From: Cetorhinus maximus
Taxonomy: Eukaryota
Assembly: GCF_964194155.1 (NCBI RefSeq)
Contig: NC_135881.1
Coordinates: 165,416,001-165,480,000 of the forward strand
Reading direction: 5' to 3'
DNA: 64,000 nucleotides
Part shown: piece by piece, positions 36,131 to 47,550 of the stretch
Position numbering within the stretch: position 1 is the first letter of the stretch
Layout: every line of letters starts with the position of its first letter
Program-made: the position numbers and the translations under genes
The notes under the pieces: generated by a model
The model's input: only the letters and a program-made list of their open reading frames with translations
Told to the model about the DNA's origin: nothing
Databases searched by the model: none

Positions 36131-39100
36131 ATAGTAATGGGAGGCAAGGCCCAGTTGAAAAAGCACTGTTTGGGAGAAAAGCAGGGGGAAAGAATGAGCT
36201 GGACATGGGAGGGGCAGGTCGAACAGTAGCAACTAGTTGTTTATTTATCAGGCCTGTGTGCATCCCTGACCTTCAGTACCATCTAGTAAATGAATTGTAA
36301 GCTGAAAGAAGTGGAAAGATAACAAAATGGGCAGAGAAAAATTGAGAATGTAAAGAGGTAGGTTGGGAAGGAGGTAGCAGATGGGGATATTAACGAATGA
36401 GTCAAACAAGGAAGCAGAGATAAAGACGTAACCACAAGATGAAGTGTGTGAGACAGGGTGATAAATGTACACTAAAAGAATGTAAAATGTACAAAAACAC
36501 AGGGAAATGGAAATAATTACTGAAGCAGACAAAATTACAAAACCAATTATTTTCTACTGAGAGTTATGCCTGAGGACAGAAACAAGTGCAGAAGATTGGG
36601 GAGTTTAAAACCATGGTCGTCATGAGACAAAAAAAACTAGTCACCTAATGTCTTTGGAGAAAAAAGTCATAATCTTGGCACAGCTGTTCAATCCCAGTTT
36701 ACATTTATTTACCAAAACTTATTAATTATAAATGCTGATATTACAGTCCCATTCCTTATTTATAATTCCTATTCCTCATTTATAACTATATGCACAGAAC
36801 AAAAGTAGAAAGATAACATTCTTTACAAACTCTAGAGATTGTTAATTTAAATTCATTTGATTTAGGAACGGTTTCATTGAACTCTCCAGAGAACTGATTC
36901 TTCCTTCTGCATGTGAATTGTAAATTGGATAAAATGATGCTAAGGTCCCAGGAGCCTGTACTGTTGCAATCTGTCTTTTAATTAAGAAACACTGATTCTG
37001 TAAAAACACAATCAGACAAAGATGTTCTACTGTTGTTCTCATTTTGATGCAAAACTGTTTCAGACAAGGGTGGATTTGCAAAGAAACACACCGTGTTGTG
37101 ACACGAGGCCCCAACAGGATGAATGAGTGCTGAATGTTGCAAGTGCTGTCTTTCAGCTGAGTTGTTAAACTGTTCGGCTTACTGCAAATGCAGCAAGAGC
37201 AGATTTTGCCAGTGTTTCGAATTCCTATAGCAAAAGAGGCAATAAGTCTGCTAAAATGTAGTTAGCTGAGGTGTGTCTATGTTGTCCATGTCTGTTCAGG
37301 TGCGCATGGCTTGTGGCATAGAAATTTGTTGCAAAAGAAATCTCACATTCTTCAACATTTGCTGCAACTATTTTGTTACACTCGTCTTTTTTTTGCATTA
37401 TCTCAATGACTTATTGATATTTTTATGATCATGTTTCGATAAAAGTCAACTTAAAACAAATTAACCCATGTTTTTTTCTAATTTGTTATTTAATTTGTAG
37501 CTACTTTTATTTGACCACTGCCTCCAGCCAGTTGAGTTGGTTTCTGCCTACAGCTCATGAAAAAATTGAAGTGTTTCGATTAAACCCGACTCAAAAGGCC
37601 AAATTCAACTTTCTAATCATCAGTAACAATGTTTTCTCATTTTGCTGAAAGTCAGAAATGTAGTTTAGAGTTTACTTAACAGTCTTTAATTATTATAATG
37701 AGTGGTAGAACGTGCCTATAATAAAATGTACCAAAAATAATGGAAGGTAGCAAATGAAACACCCGCATTAAAGGGTAGACACCATTTATCGGAAAGTTTG
37801 AGACAGCTTCCTTCCCTTGGAACTTTTGCTATTACTATTTTATGTTGCTGCAAATCTGGCATCTACTTTATATGTGCCCATCAACAAGGGAAAACGTGTT
37901 TAGTAGATTGACTGGTAGGAACGGTATTCATACTGTAGCGTGTGTTCATATGACTCACGTACAAATACAGTCATGTTTGTGAATACCTCCCAAAGAAATG
38001 TCCGCGTGAGATGGAAAGCTGCCACTGAATCTACAGACAAATCAACCAGGGCTAAAACATAAGATACTGTATTGTCTGTAAATCGTTACATTGCCCTGCT
38101 TTAGAATAGGATAAATTCAAAGTTTTTGATAAATTATGCTGTAATTATGAGGGCACTTGCCACTGCAATGACATCAATATCACAGGCACAGTGGTGATAA
38201 TAGGGTAATATTAAAGATGGTGGTGACCTATCTCTCTCAAAGCGTGGAGTTTCCTTTTTCTCCAATCCCTCTGGCGGTAGGTACAGTGTTGCGTTTTTGT
38301 TGAATTTATTATGCCCGCACTAACTTTGCTCTTTGGCTTGAAATAAGTCTGCATTGCCCAAACCCTGTGAATTTCTATTAAAGGATATTTCACTGGATTT
38401 AGCTTGGCCGAAACCTGCAAGTTCAAGCACACACTACTAACAAGAGGATTGCTTGAAAGTGGGAGGCGGCTCTTTGTTCAGAGTCGCCACACGTTTTGCT
38501 GAGGGGAGGATAGGAATTGCACACAAGAGGGACCTGAATTGGAACTGTAAATCACATTTGCTATTGTGAATGTCTATATTACATTTATGATTTAGAAAAA
38601 TATCATGCACAGTATTGCATCTTTAAACACAGTAGCTAATAATGGACAAAACAAACCTGTTTTTCTTTATTCCACATATGTTTGTTTTGTTGGGGCATTG
38701 TGTGGGGTGGTGCCTTGGATGTAATAGCATGGAAGGAGATTGTTTTGGAGATGCCCAAATATAACACACCCCAGCAGTTTGAAGTGTAATTCATGGGATT
38801 CTGAGATTGCAGCTACTAGATTTTTTTCATCCCCTCAAATAATACCTGGCACAGAGAGAAAACAATTAGATTAAATTAGGACTGCTGGAGAATATTGCCA
38901 TATAAAACCACACATTCACTGCTTCAAATTTCTAGATGGTAATTTTGTCACTCGGTTTCACTGGGATTCATATCCATGGAAGAGTAATTGACACTTTATT
39001 ATACCTTAACTCTTTTCCTTCCTTACATTTCCAAATTTCTCCATCGAGCAATTGACTATGGGGTGGATTTAATAAAATCCTTCTGAGGTGTATCTTTAAA

Positions 39101-40126
39101 TCATTAATCCGAGAATGACCAAGTATCTTTCTGGCTGCCTTGTCTCAAGTGCACCCTTTATCCCACACTAAAATAAATTCAGAGCAGTAATTGGGCAAAA
39201 GAAAACCCTGCAGTTACTATGTTGTGAAAGCAACATTTTTTTGGTAATCTGCAGCATTACTCAGAATAGCCAAGAATTTAGATAGAATATTATTCTTGTT
39301 TTCCCCAGCTCAGGAGGCAGGTTCTTTCCAAAAGCTTTAAGTTCAAAATGCCAGGGGAGATGTGTATTGGTTCTGTCATTTTATAGATGTGTGCTTACAT
39401 CTGAAATCTGTGATAAAGTTAAGCACTCCTGTCTGTGCTTGATTTTCCGTGACTTTGTCACTTGGGCCTTTTTGATTTTACAAATGACTTATCTGTGATT
39501 GGTAAGAAAAACACAATTCCCAATTGTATACTTAAACTCTGATCAATTTTTGTATTTTCTTGGCTTCAGCTTTCGGGCCCTGGGTGAGTGGGCAAAAATG
39601 AAGCTGAGCACAGGGCCTCACTAACTAAATCTGCCACTGGTTTCAGATGTGCATTAACAAAAAGGCAGTTGTATAATTTGGGTATCAAATCACAATCAAA
39701 CTCCTAAACTTGTTGAAGCTGTATGGTGCAAAACCACCTCTTGAAGATAGTGTTGGGATGCTTGAAGTTCACACAAAGTGGATCGCTGGCTCCCTTGTGA
39801 CAGTAAAGAGTAGCTGCAGAGGTGCATAGTGCTCCTCTGATGTTGCACATAATGCAAAGTTAGCATTAAAAGATTTGGCAGTATAACTTGACCCATCAGC
39901 TGCAGCACCCAGAGCCAAGATGGAGTCCAATAAAAATCTAAGCAGTTTGGTTTTTTGATTGTTGCTAGTTTCTTCAAACAACTGAGTAATAAAAGGTTTA
40001 CACTCTTGTTTTATGTAGTTCCTTTTTTGCACTTACAGGTTGAAAGCTGTTAGGAATAGAGCCCTGTAACTTGTAGTCTCTATTCTGTTTCACAGTTCAT
40101 ATCAAAGATCTTTCTTCCTGTTGCAG

Positions 40127-40282
40127 CTGAGTTGGATGGTGAACATGCCCAGAAGGTGCGAGATATGGAGAATACACAACAGTTGAAACTGAAAGAGCGG
40201 CAGAAATTTTTTGAAGAAGCCTTTCAGCAGGATCTGGAGCAGTACCTCTCTACAGGATACTTGCAAATAGCACAGAGACGAG
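40127..40282 (+). CDS. DTNBP1: Dysbindin (dystrobrevin-binding protein 1, BLOC-1 subunit) internal coding exon
   Basis: Peptide (A)[51 protein letters not shown](E) is nearly identical to recalled vertebrate dysbindin [53 protein letters not shown]. Acceptor tttcttcctgttgcag ends at 40126; the exon is 156 bp, phase 1-1, with donor AG|gcaggt. Confidence 0.95.
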
Positions 40283-40409
40283 GCAGGTTTTTACATTATT
40301 TCATTATTGTATCTATGAAATCTTCCTGTAAAGTAAGATTTTTTGCTATTTTGTAGAATGCATTTTATGATATAACTTTTGAAGTTTCTTTGCTTCTTAA
40401 TATTTCTGC

Positions 40410-41027
40410 TCAAGCGTGAAATAGCACACGATGACATTGTGCGAGCGTCCCGGTGTCATTGCGCGCTCACATGATATTTCAGTCTGGGCACGCGCGAGGG
40501 CTGGCAGCGTGCACCGACAATTAAGAGGCTTATTAACGCCACTAAAGCATCAATTCACAGGGATTTTTCACTGCCTGTCCAATCTTATGGTTGGCAGGCG
40601 GACAAATCAGCCAGGCAGCCTTTGCGTTTTTCAGGAAACCTCATCCAAGGGCGGGATGAGGTTTCTGTAATTAAATTTTTTTTTAAAATCTATGCGCAGA
40701 ATTTTTATAATGTCCATGCACAGGTGACTCATACAGATGTGTGGACATTTTTTCCGGATTTTAAATTCTGTCTTTATTGATTTTAAATTCGGCAGCTCTC
40801 TGCCTTCAGGGAGCTTTCCTTCCGTGCTCACCTGGCCCCGCGCTGACTTCAGTGCTCGCCCTCTCCCCGCCCCGTTCCCGGCAGCACTGAGCCTTTCAGT
40901 GCGCCTTTCACGCTGGCTGGCTGTTGGGGCCAGCCAGTGTGAAATCGTATCTGGGGGCCGATCACGAGCAGCTGGCCGCTCCTGGATCCACCAATCACGG
41001 CCGCCCACCGGCCCGAAAATTCTACCC
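40410..41027. mobile_element. Partial Harbinger-type MITE related to 13607-14138
   Basis: Right TIR aaaattctaccc; shared core tgcctgtccaatcttatggttggcagg and aacctcatccaagggcgggatgaggtt; left TIR not found. Confidence 0.7.
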
Positions 41028-41974
41028 TATGTATTCAGATCTGCAGATAGTGTTGGAAATTCATTTTAGCTTAATAAGCCCATGTGGGAAAACTCCCGCC
41101 TGGCATGTGTGTGCTTGAGACTGGGTGAAGTGAAGAGACTGTAAATTGACATGAGAGATTACCCATGTCTGTGTTAGTTGGGAGAATGATTCTGTCAATT
41201 TAGTTCTATTTTGAATGCCTTGGACGGTATGTCTAAAATATAAATGCAAGAGGATACAGAACAGGGAAACAACATATAAAAATGTTGAAACTTGCAGGCC
41301 AGGTAGCTGCTGCATTCCGTATTTTGTCTTTATTATTACCTCCGCCACAGAAGGTGGGTGAAGGTAATGTTTTCACACCATTTGCTTGTCTGTTTTTAAA
41401 CAATATATTTCAAAATCTAATGGACGGATTCCAACAAAACTTTGTACACAGGGTATGGCCCAAGGAAGAACAGATTGGTTTTTGGCAAAGGTGTGGAGCT
41501 GGAATTTTTTAAAAGCTCTGTTGGCATTGGGAGATGGGGGTGAATTGACTTTTTTTTAAAGGATGTTGAGAGTTTTTTTAATTAGCTCTGCACCTGAAAG
41601 TGGGTGGAGATAATGTTTTTGTCCCATTAGTCTGCTTGTCTGTAAACAATATATTTCAAAAACTAATGGATGGATTTCAGTGAAACTTGGCACACAGTTA
41701 GGTTGTGTCCCAAAGAAGAGTTGATTATTTTCTGGTGAAGATGCAGATCCAGTTCAGCTTCTGGAATTTTGAAAAGGATCCACCCGTTAACATTGGGGGA
41801 GAGGGCAAATTGACTTTTCCTTTTAGAATGATGTGCATTGTTTGTTTTAGAATGTTGTGGATTGTCTAGGCTTCTGTGATGAGAATTGCCTCAGCTTATG
41901 TGATGCAATTTGTCACAGCTGTCAACATGTGAGCAGTGTTTTCAAAGCAGGTTGTTAGACGTGAATTGGCCTGA

Positions 41975-42377
41975 AGCCGCCTCAGTGAGATGGAAGATCT
42001 TAATAAAATGATTTCAGCCTTGTAGTTACAGAACAATGGATGTGTGGACTAACGAGAAAGGACAAAATCATGAACCAGCACATCAGAGAGTCAGTGAAGA
42101 TTGTGGGAGCGCTGAAGAAAATAGCCAAGAAGGGATTGAAATGGTATGGTAATCTGTGACAGAGAGATAGAGGAAATGTGATGAGGCAAGTGATGGAGAT
42201 GGGACCGCCAGGAAAAAGCAGAAGAAGGCTTAAGACCAGATGGAAAGATGCTCTTGGGAGAGACTTAAATGTGGCGGGGTTGGAGGAAGAATGGGTAACT
42301 GACAGGAGGACATGGAGAAGGGTGCTAACCAGTATCGTGATGACCCCAAGTGAAATGAAAGAAACTAAAAGAAGTAG
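41975..42377 (+). mobile_element. RTE-clade LINE 3' end inside the Helentron-like element
   Basis: WMCGLTRKDKIMNQHIR...GLKWYG...VMEMGPPGKSRRRLKTRWKD...DRRTWRR. Confidence 0.8.
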
Positions 42378-42617
42378 CGTTGATGTTTCGAGTCCTCATG
42401 ACCCTTCAACAGAACCAAGCAGATGGGAGATGGGGGTGAATTGACATTTTTTTAAGAATGTTGAGAGTTTTTTTAATTAACTGGTTCTGTTGAAGGGTCA
42501 TGAGGACTCGAAACGTCAACTTTGCTCTTCTCCGCCGATGCTGCCAGACCCGCTGAGTTTTTCCAGGTATTTGTGTTTTTGTTTTGGATTTCCAGCATCT
42601 GCAGTTTTTTGTTTTTA
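42378..42617 (+). mobile_element. Penelope-like insertion: inverted partial repeat, captured spacer, terminal repeat
   Basis: 12-bp TSD taaaagaagtag (42366-42377 and 42618-42629); 39-bp inverted arms at 42379-42417 and 42482-42520. Confidence 0.85.
42483..42521 (+). ncRNA. Minimal hammerhead ribozyme motif with a CUGUUGA core variant
   Basis: GGTT CTGTTGA A GGGTC ATGAG GACTC GAAA CG TC AACT. Confidence 0.7.
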
Positions 42618-42824
42618 TAAAAGAAGTAGTTACAGAGCATCAACCAAGTAGGGAAAAGCCTCAAGGAAGAGCTACAAAATTGTAGTAATGTTCAATTAAC
42701 ACACCGTGGTGGAAGTATGTGCTCTGAGTATCTTCCACCTGTTAACCTTGTAATTCAACAATAACTCTTCAGCGATTTTAGGATCAGTTTAACACAGAGT
42801 AATTGTCTTCACACCATTTGAAAT

Positions 42825-43125
42825 ATAAACAAGAGTGGTCCATTCATCCTCTCAAGCATCTTCTGCCATTTAGTTAAATCATGGCTGATCTGTGCCTCCA
42901 ATTTCATTTAATTGCCATTGATCTGTATCCCTTGATACCCATTTTTTAAAAAATGTCAATCTCCATCTTGAATATTGCAATTCATCCAGCATCCACAGCC
43001 CTTTGGGGTGAGAATTTGTACAGAAAAAAATGCTTTAATCCCTTTATAATTTAAAGACTAAATAATCCCCAGCTTTCTAAACTCAAGGAAATACAAGCCA
43101 AGTTTATGCACTCTGCTGTCATAAT
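42825..43125 (-). mobile_element. Degraded CR1 3' end
   Basis: aaatcatggctgatctg...gcatccacagccctttggggtgagaatt resembles other CR1 tails in the window. Confidence 0.6.
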
Positions 43126-44187
43126 TTAAAAATTGCATGTTGCAGATCACCTCTTACGTATGTCAAAGTGGCAAAGTTGAAAGAAACTAAGGAAACTTAA
43201 AAAGACACATGCTGGAAAATGCACAAAGTCTGCATCAAACCATGTTAGATCTGAACTGGCAGCAACTGATTCTCAGTGCTTTCATTGCTCAGATAGATGT
43301 ACACAGTCACAAAGAAAAAGTTTTAATAATATGAAGGCCTTTTTTACAGAAGACAGATTTTAACATAATGATCCTAATTATAACAGTCATTGTACTTAAT
43401 TAACTCTCCTAGAATACTGTACATGATTGGTCATGTGGTGTGATTGTTTTGTTGCTGTCTTGTAACCAGTCTATTTTAGCTTAATTACATAAATGCTTAC
43501 TGCTTGCAAAAATAGCTGTAAATTTGATTTTTCCAAATAATTGTTGAGTTGTCAGTTAGCATCTTAAGAAAATGCACTTTCCTGGTACTGCTTCCTGCCT
43601 TTGTTTTGCCTATTGGTTAACTTTCACATGAGGACATATATTTTAATTCAGCCTAGTTATAAATGTGGTATAAAATATAATCTGTCTGTTAGTAATAGTG
43701 CACCCATTTCAATGATCCTGCAGATGCAACATTTATGGCACAGGTAAGATTGCCTTCTTACCAACAGTAGTCCATCTGTCTAATAACAACAGATTACATG
43801 CGTGGAGCATAAGTCTGTTTGTTTCAAAACATCTCATTGACAGGTAGTTAACAAGGTGTGGATAGCATGTTCCTGGCCTGACCATATAACCAGTTTGCTT
43901 ATCTTTAGATAACACTCTCTGCTACCTCCCTCCCATCCTTACTAGTCACTGTAGATAATCAACCAGCTCCTTTCTCATCCATGTGCGCTAGACTCTCCTC
44001 AAACCCATCTTCAACACCTCCCCTTACCCCTCACCCCACGCCAGCAGTTGATTCCTCTCCAGCCTCAACTCAACCCACATGTTTGCCTTTCCAACAAGAT
44101 CAACTGCCTTCCTTTATGCTTCGTATGACTTAAATCAGTGGAGAGTTTTTCCCGATTTCCAAGGACTTCAATTTTGCTTGGGTTCTT

Positions 44188-44592
44188 CCTCCTCGCGCTT
44201 CCCTACCCCCTCCTCGCGCTTCCCTACCCCCTCCTCGCGCTTCCCTACCCCCTCCTCGCGCTTCCCTACCCCCTCCTCGCGCTTCCCTACCCCCTCCTCG
44301 CGCTTCCCTACCCCCTCCTCGCGCTTCCCTACCCCCTCCTCGCGCTTCCCTACCCCCTCCTCGCGCTTCCCTACCCCCTCCTCGCGCTTCCCTCTCCCCC
44401 TCCTCGCGCTTCCCTCTCCCCCTCCTCGCGCTTCCCTCTCCCCCTCCTCGCGCTTCCCTCTCCCCCCCTCGCGCTTCCCTCTCCCTCTCCTCGCGCTTCC
44501 CTCTCCCTCTCCTCGCGCTTCCCTCTCCCTCTCCTCGCGCTTCCCTCTCCCTCTCCTCGCGCTTCCCTCTCCCTCTCCTTGTGCTTCCCCCT
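44188..44592. repeat. 21/22-bp C-rich minisatellite, about 18 units
   Basis: (tcctcgcgcttccctaccccc)n, then (tcctcgcgcttccctctccccc)n, then (tcctcgcgcttccctctccctc)n. Confidence 0.97.
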
Positions 44593-45094
44593 GCCCTCCA
44601 GTTACCACACACCCCCCCACAACTGCTCTCCCACAGTATGTTAACCGTCATTTTGCTCTGCATTCTTGGTTTTAAAAATTATAAAAGATGTTAATTGAGT
44701 GCATAACTAAAGGAATATGATATATGAGAGACACAAAAGAGTGGAAGCTCAAGTTGGATCTACCAACAAAACCTACAAAATGCTTGAATGACCAGCCTTC
44801 TTCTCTGGAGGGAAATTAAATCTGTTGGAAACACTTCAAATGAACTGAGATGCATCCCTGTCTAAGGAGAGCACCTATTTAATAGCTGTTGCAACAACTC
44901 ATTTATTTCCTATTACTAACAGCATTTTGACCTCAATGAGGAAAGCAATCTGATAAATAGGGTCGCAAATTATGTTGTTTCGACATTTGTATTTCCCAAA
45001 TACCTATTGTAGGTATACCCTTTATTCAATGGCTGTTGCGTATAACAAACAGGCTGCGCCAATTTTTCTCTTAAGTAAACCTGGCGTATAATCC

Positions 45095-46795
45095 ATATAG
45101 AATCATAGAATGGCTAAGCACAGAAGGCCATTCAACCTGTCAAGTTTGTGCCAGCTTTCTGCAAGAGCAATTTAGCTCATCTCACTTCCCTACAGCCTAG
45201 TCTTAGGCAGTACATTCCAGATCCTAACCACTCACTGTGTAACAGTTTTTTCTCCTGTCACCTTTGGGTTCTTTTGCCAATCATTTTACATCTGTGTCCT
45301 CTGCGTATCGACCCTTCAGCCAAGGGGAATTATGTTTCTCTATCTACTTGCTATGTAGACACCTCATGATTTTGAACATTTCTATCAAAACTCCTTTCAA
45401 TCTTCCCCTCTAGAAGAACAACCCAAGCTTCTCCAATCTATCCATGTAAATCGAGTCCCTCATTCTGGAACCATTCTATAAATTTTTCTGCATCTTCTCT
45501 AAAGTTTTCCTAAAGTGCTGTGCCCAAAATTAGACACAGTTGAGGCTAAACCAATGTTTTATGAAGCTTCATCATAACTTCCTTGCTTTTATACTCTATT
45601 CAACCTTTAACAATTTGTGCACAAATACTCCTGACTCTCGCTTCCTGCACTCCTTTTAGAATTGTACCCTTTAGTTTATATTGCCTCTTCTCCATCTTAC
45701 CAAACTGCATGGCGAGTCCCTCATTCTGGAACCATTCTATAAATTTTTCTGCATCTTCTCTAAAGTTTTCCTAAAGTGCTGTGCCCAAAATTAGACACAG
45801 TTGAGGCTAAACCAATGTTTTATGAAGCTTCATCATAACTTCCTTGCTTTTATACTCTATTCAACCTTTAACAATTTGTGCACAAATACTCCTGACTCTC
45901 GCTTCCTGCACTCCTTTTAGAATTGTACCCTTTAGTTTATATTGCCTCTTCTCCATCTTACCAAACTGCATGGCTTCACACTACTATGTGTTAAATTTCA
46001 TCTGCTGTGTGCTCACCTATTCCACCAGCCCATCTAGTTCCTCTTGAAGTCTATCATCATTTTCCTCACAAATCACAATACTTCCAAATGCCCTGTACGC
46101 CCAAATCTAGGTCATTAAGATAAATAAAGCAGTGGCCCTAGTACTGACTCCAGGAGAGCCTTACTCTATACCTTCCTCCAGTCCAAAAAAACAACTGTTC
46201 ACCACTACTCCTGTTTTCTGTCACTCAACCAATCTAGTATCCATGCTCCCACTGTCCCTTTTATTCCGTGGGCTTCAACTTTGCTGATAAGTCTCTTATG
46301 TGTCACCTTATCAATGCCTTTTGAAAGTCTAAGTAGACCACATCAACTGCATTACCCTCATAAACCCTCTGTGTTACCTCATCAAAAATTCAGTCAAGTT
46401 GGTTAAACACAATTTGCCTTGAACAAATCCATGCTGGCTTTCCTTAATTAACCCACACTTGCCCAAGTGACTGTTAATTTTGTCCCAGATTATGTCGTCT
46501 AAAAAAATTCCCACCACCAAGGATAAACAGACTGGCCTGTAGTTGCTGTTTTTACCCTTGCACTCTTTTTGAACAAGGGGGTAACATTTGCAATTCTCCA
46601 GTCGCCTGGCACCAACCATCTAATCAGGATTTGGAGGATTATGGCCAATGCCTCCGCAATTTCCAGCCTTCCTTATTTCAGCATCCTCAGATGCATCCTA
46701 TCCGTTCCTGGTGACTTTTCAACTTTAAGAACAAACAGGCTTTCTAATAACTCTTCCTTATCAATTTTTAGCCCATCCAGTATCTCAATTCAATA
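45095..46795 (-). mobile_element. CR1 LINE 3' half, degraded
   Basis: catatagaatcatagaatg tail; NYRPVCLSLVVG and SQHGFVQGKLCLTNL peptides. Confidence 0.85.
45453..45974. repeat. 261-bp direct tandem duplication
   Basis: 45453-45713 repeats as 45714-45974; ORFs at 45583 and 45844 give identical peptides offset by 261. Confidence 0.95.
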
Positions 46796-46804
46796 ACTTT
46801 GTGA

Positions 46805-47550
46805 TTAGGAACATAGGAACAGGAGTAGGCCATTTAGCCAGTTGAGCCTGCTCCGCCATTCAATTAGATCATGGTTGATCATCTACGTCAACACCACTTT
46901 CCTGTGCTATCTCCATATCTCTTGATGTCATGATTCTTCAGAAATCTATTGATTTCTGTTTTGAACATGCTCAATGATTGAGCTTCTACAGCCCTCTGGG
47001 GTAGAGAATTCCAAAGATTCACCACCCTCTGAGTGAAGAAGTTCCTCCTCATCTCAGTCTTAAATGGCCTACCCCTTATCCTGAGATTATGTCCCCTGGC
47101 TTTAGACTTATCACCAGGGCAAAATCTTATCTACATCTACCCTGTCATGCCCTGTAAGAATTTTGTAAATTTCAATGAGGTCACCCATCATTCTTCGAAA
47201 CTCTAGGGAATACAGACCCAGTCTCCCTAATCTCTCTTCATAAGACAATCTCTCTCTTTTTCACATTCTCTCTCCCTATTTCTGTCTTTTCTCACTCTGC
47301 TTTCTCACCCTGCGTGCTTGCCCTGGCGCTTTTAATGAACCAGGGAACTGCATAGTATTCCCCCTCCTGTGTTTATCCTTATCCTGAGGTTTTAGACTCA
47401 CCAGCCAGGGGAAAAATCTACTTCCACCCTGTCACGCCATATAAGCATTTTTTAAGTTTTAATGAGGCTACCCCTCATTCTTTGAAACTTTAGGGAATAC
47501 GGACCCAGTCTCCTCAATCTCTCCTCATAAGACAATCCCACCATCCCAGC
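46805..47550 (-). mobile_element. CR1 3' end plus a second partial copy (47375-47550)
   Basis: ttaggaacataggaacaggag tail; the block ccttatcctgag...tagggaatac..acccagtctc occurs twice with divergence. Confidence 0.75.

Larger units (their letters stand above)
41331..42743 (+). mobile_element. Non-autonomous Helentron/DINE-1-like (HINE) rolling-circle element
   Basis: Left subTIR attacctccgcc (41335-41346) with nearby inverted copy ggtgaaggtaat, two tandem ~250-bp core units, right subTIR ggtggaagtat (42708-42718), short hairpin gtgctc-t-gagtat and T-rich flanks. Confidence 0.7.

Noticed and set aside
39696-40032. Two antisense ORFs (87-93 aa) just upstream of the DTNBP1 exon
   Set aside because: No recognisable homology, non-ATG starts and lengths expected by chance.
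40283-40356. Read-through extension of the exon ORF ([11 protein letters not shown]...)
   Set aside because: Similarity to dysbindin ends at RR; the extension is AT-rich intron sequence.
44079-44675. Four long overlapping ORFs (150-198 aa) on both strands
   Set aside because: They are translations of a stop-free minisatellite, with no evidence of coding function.
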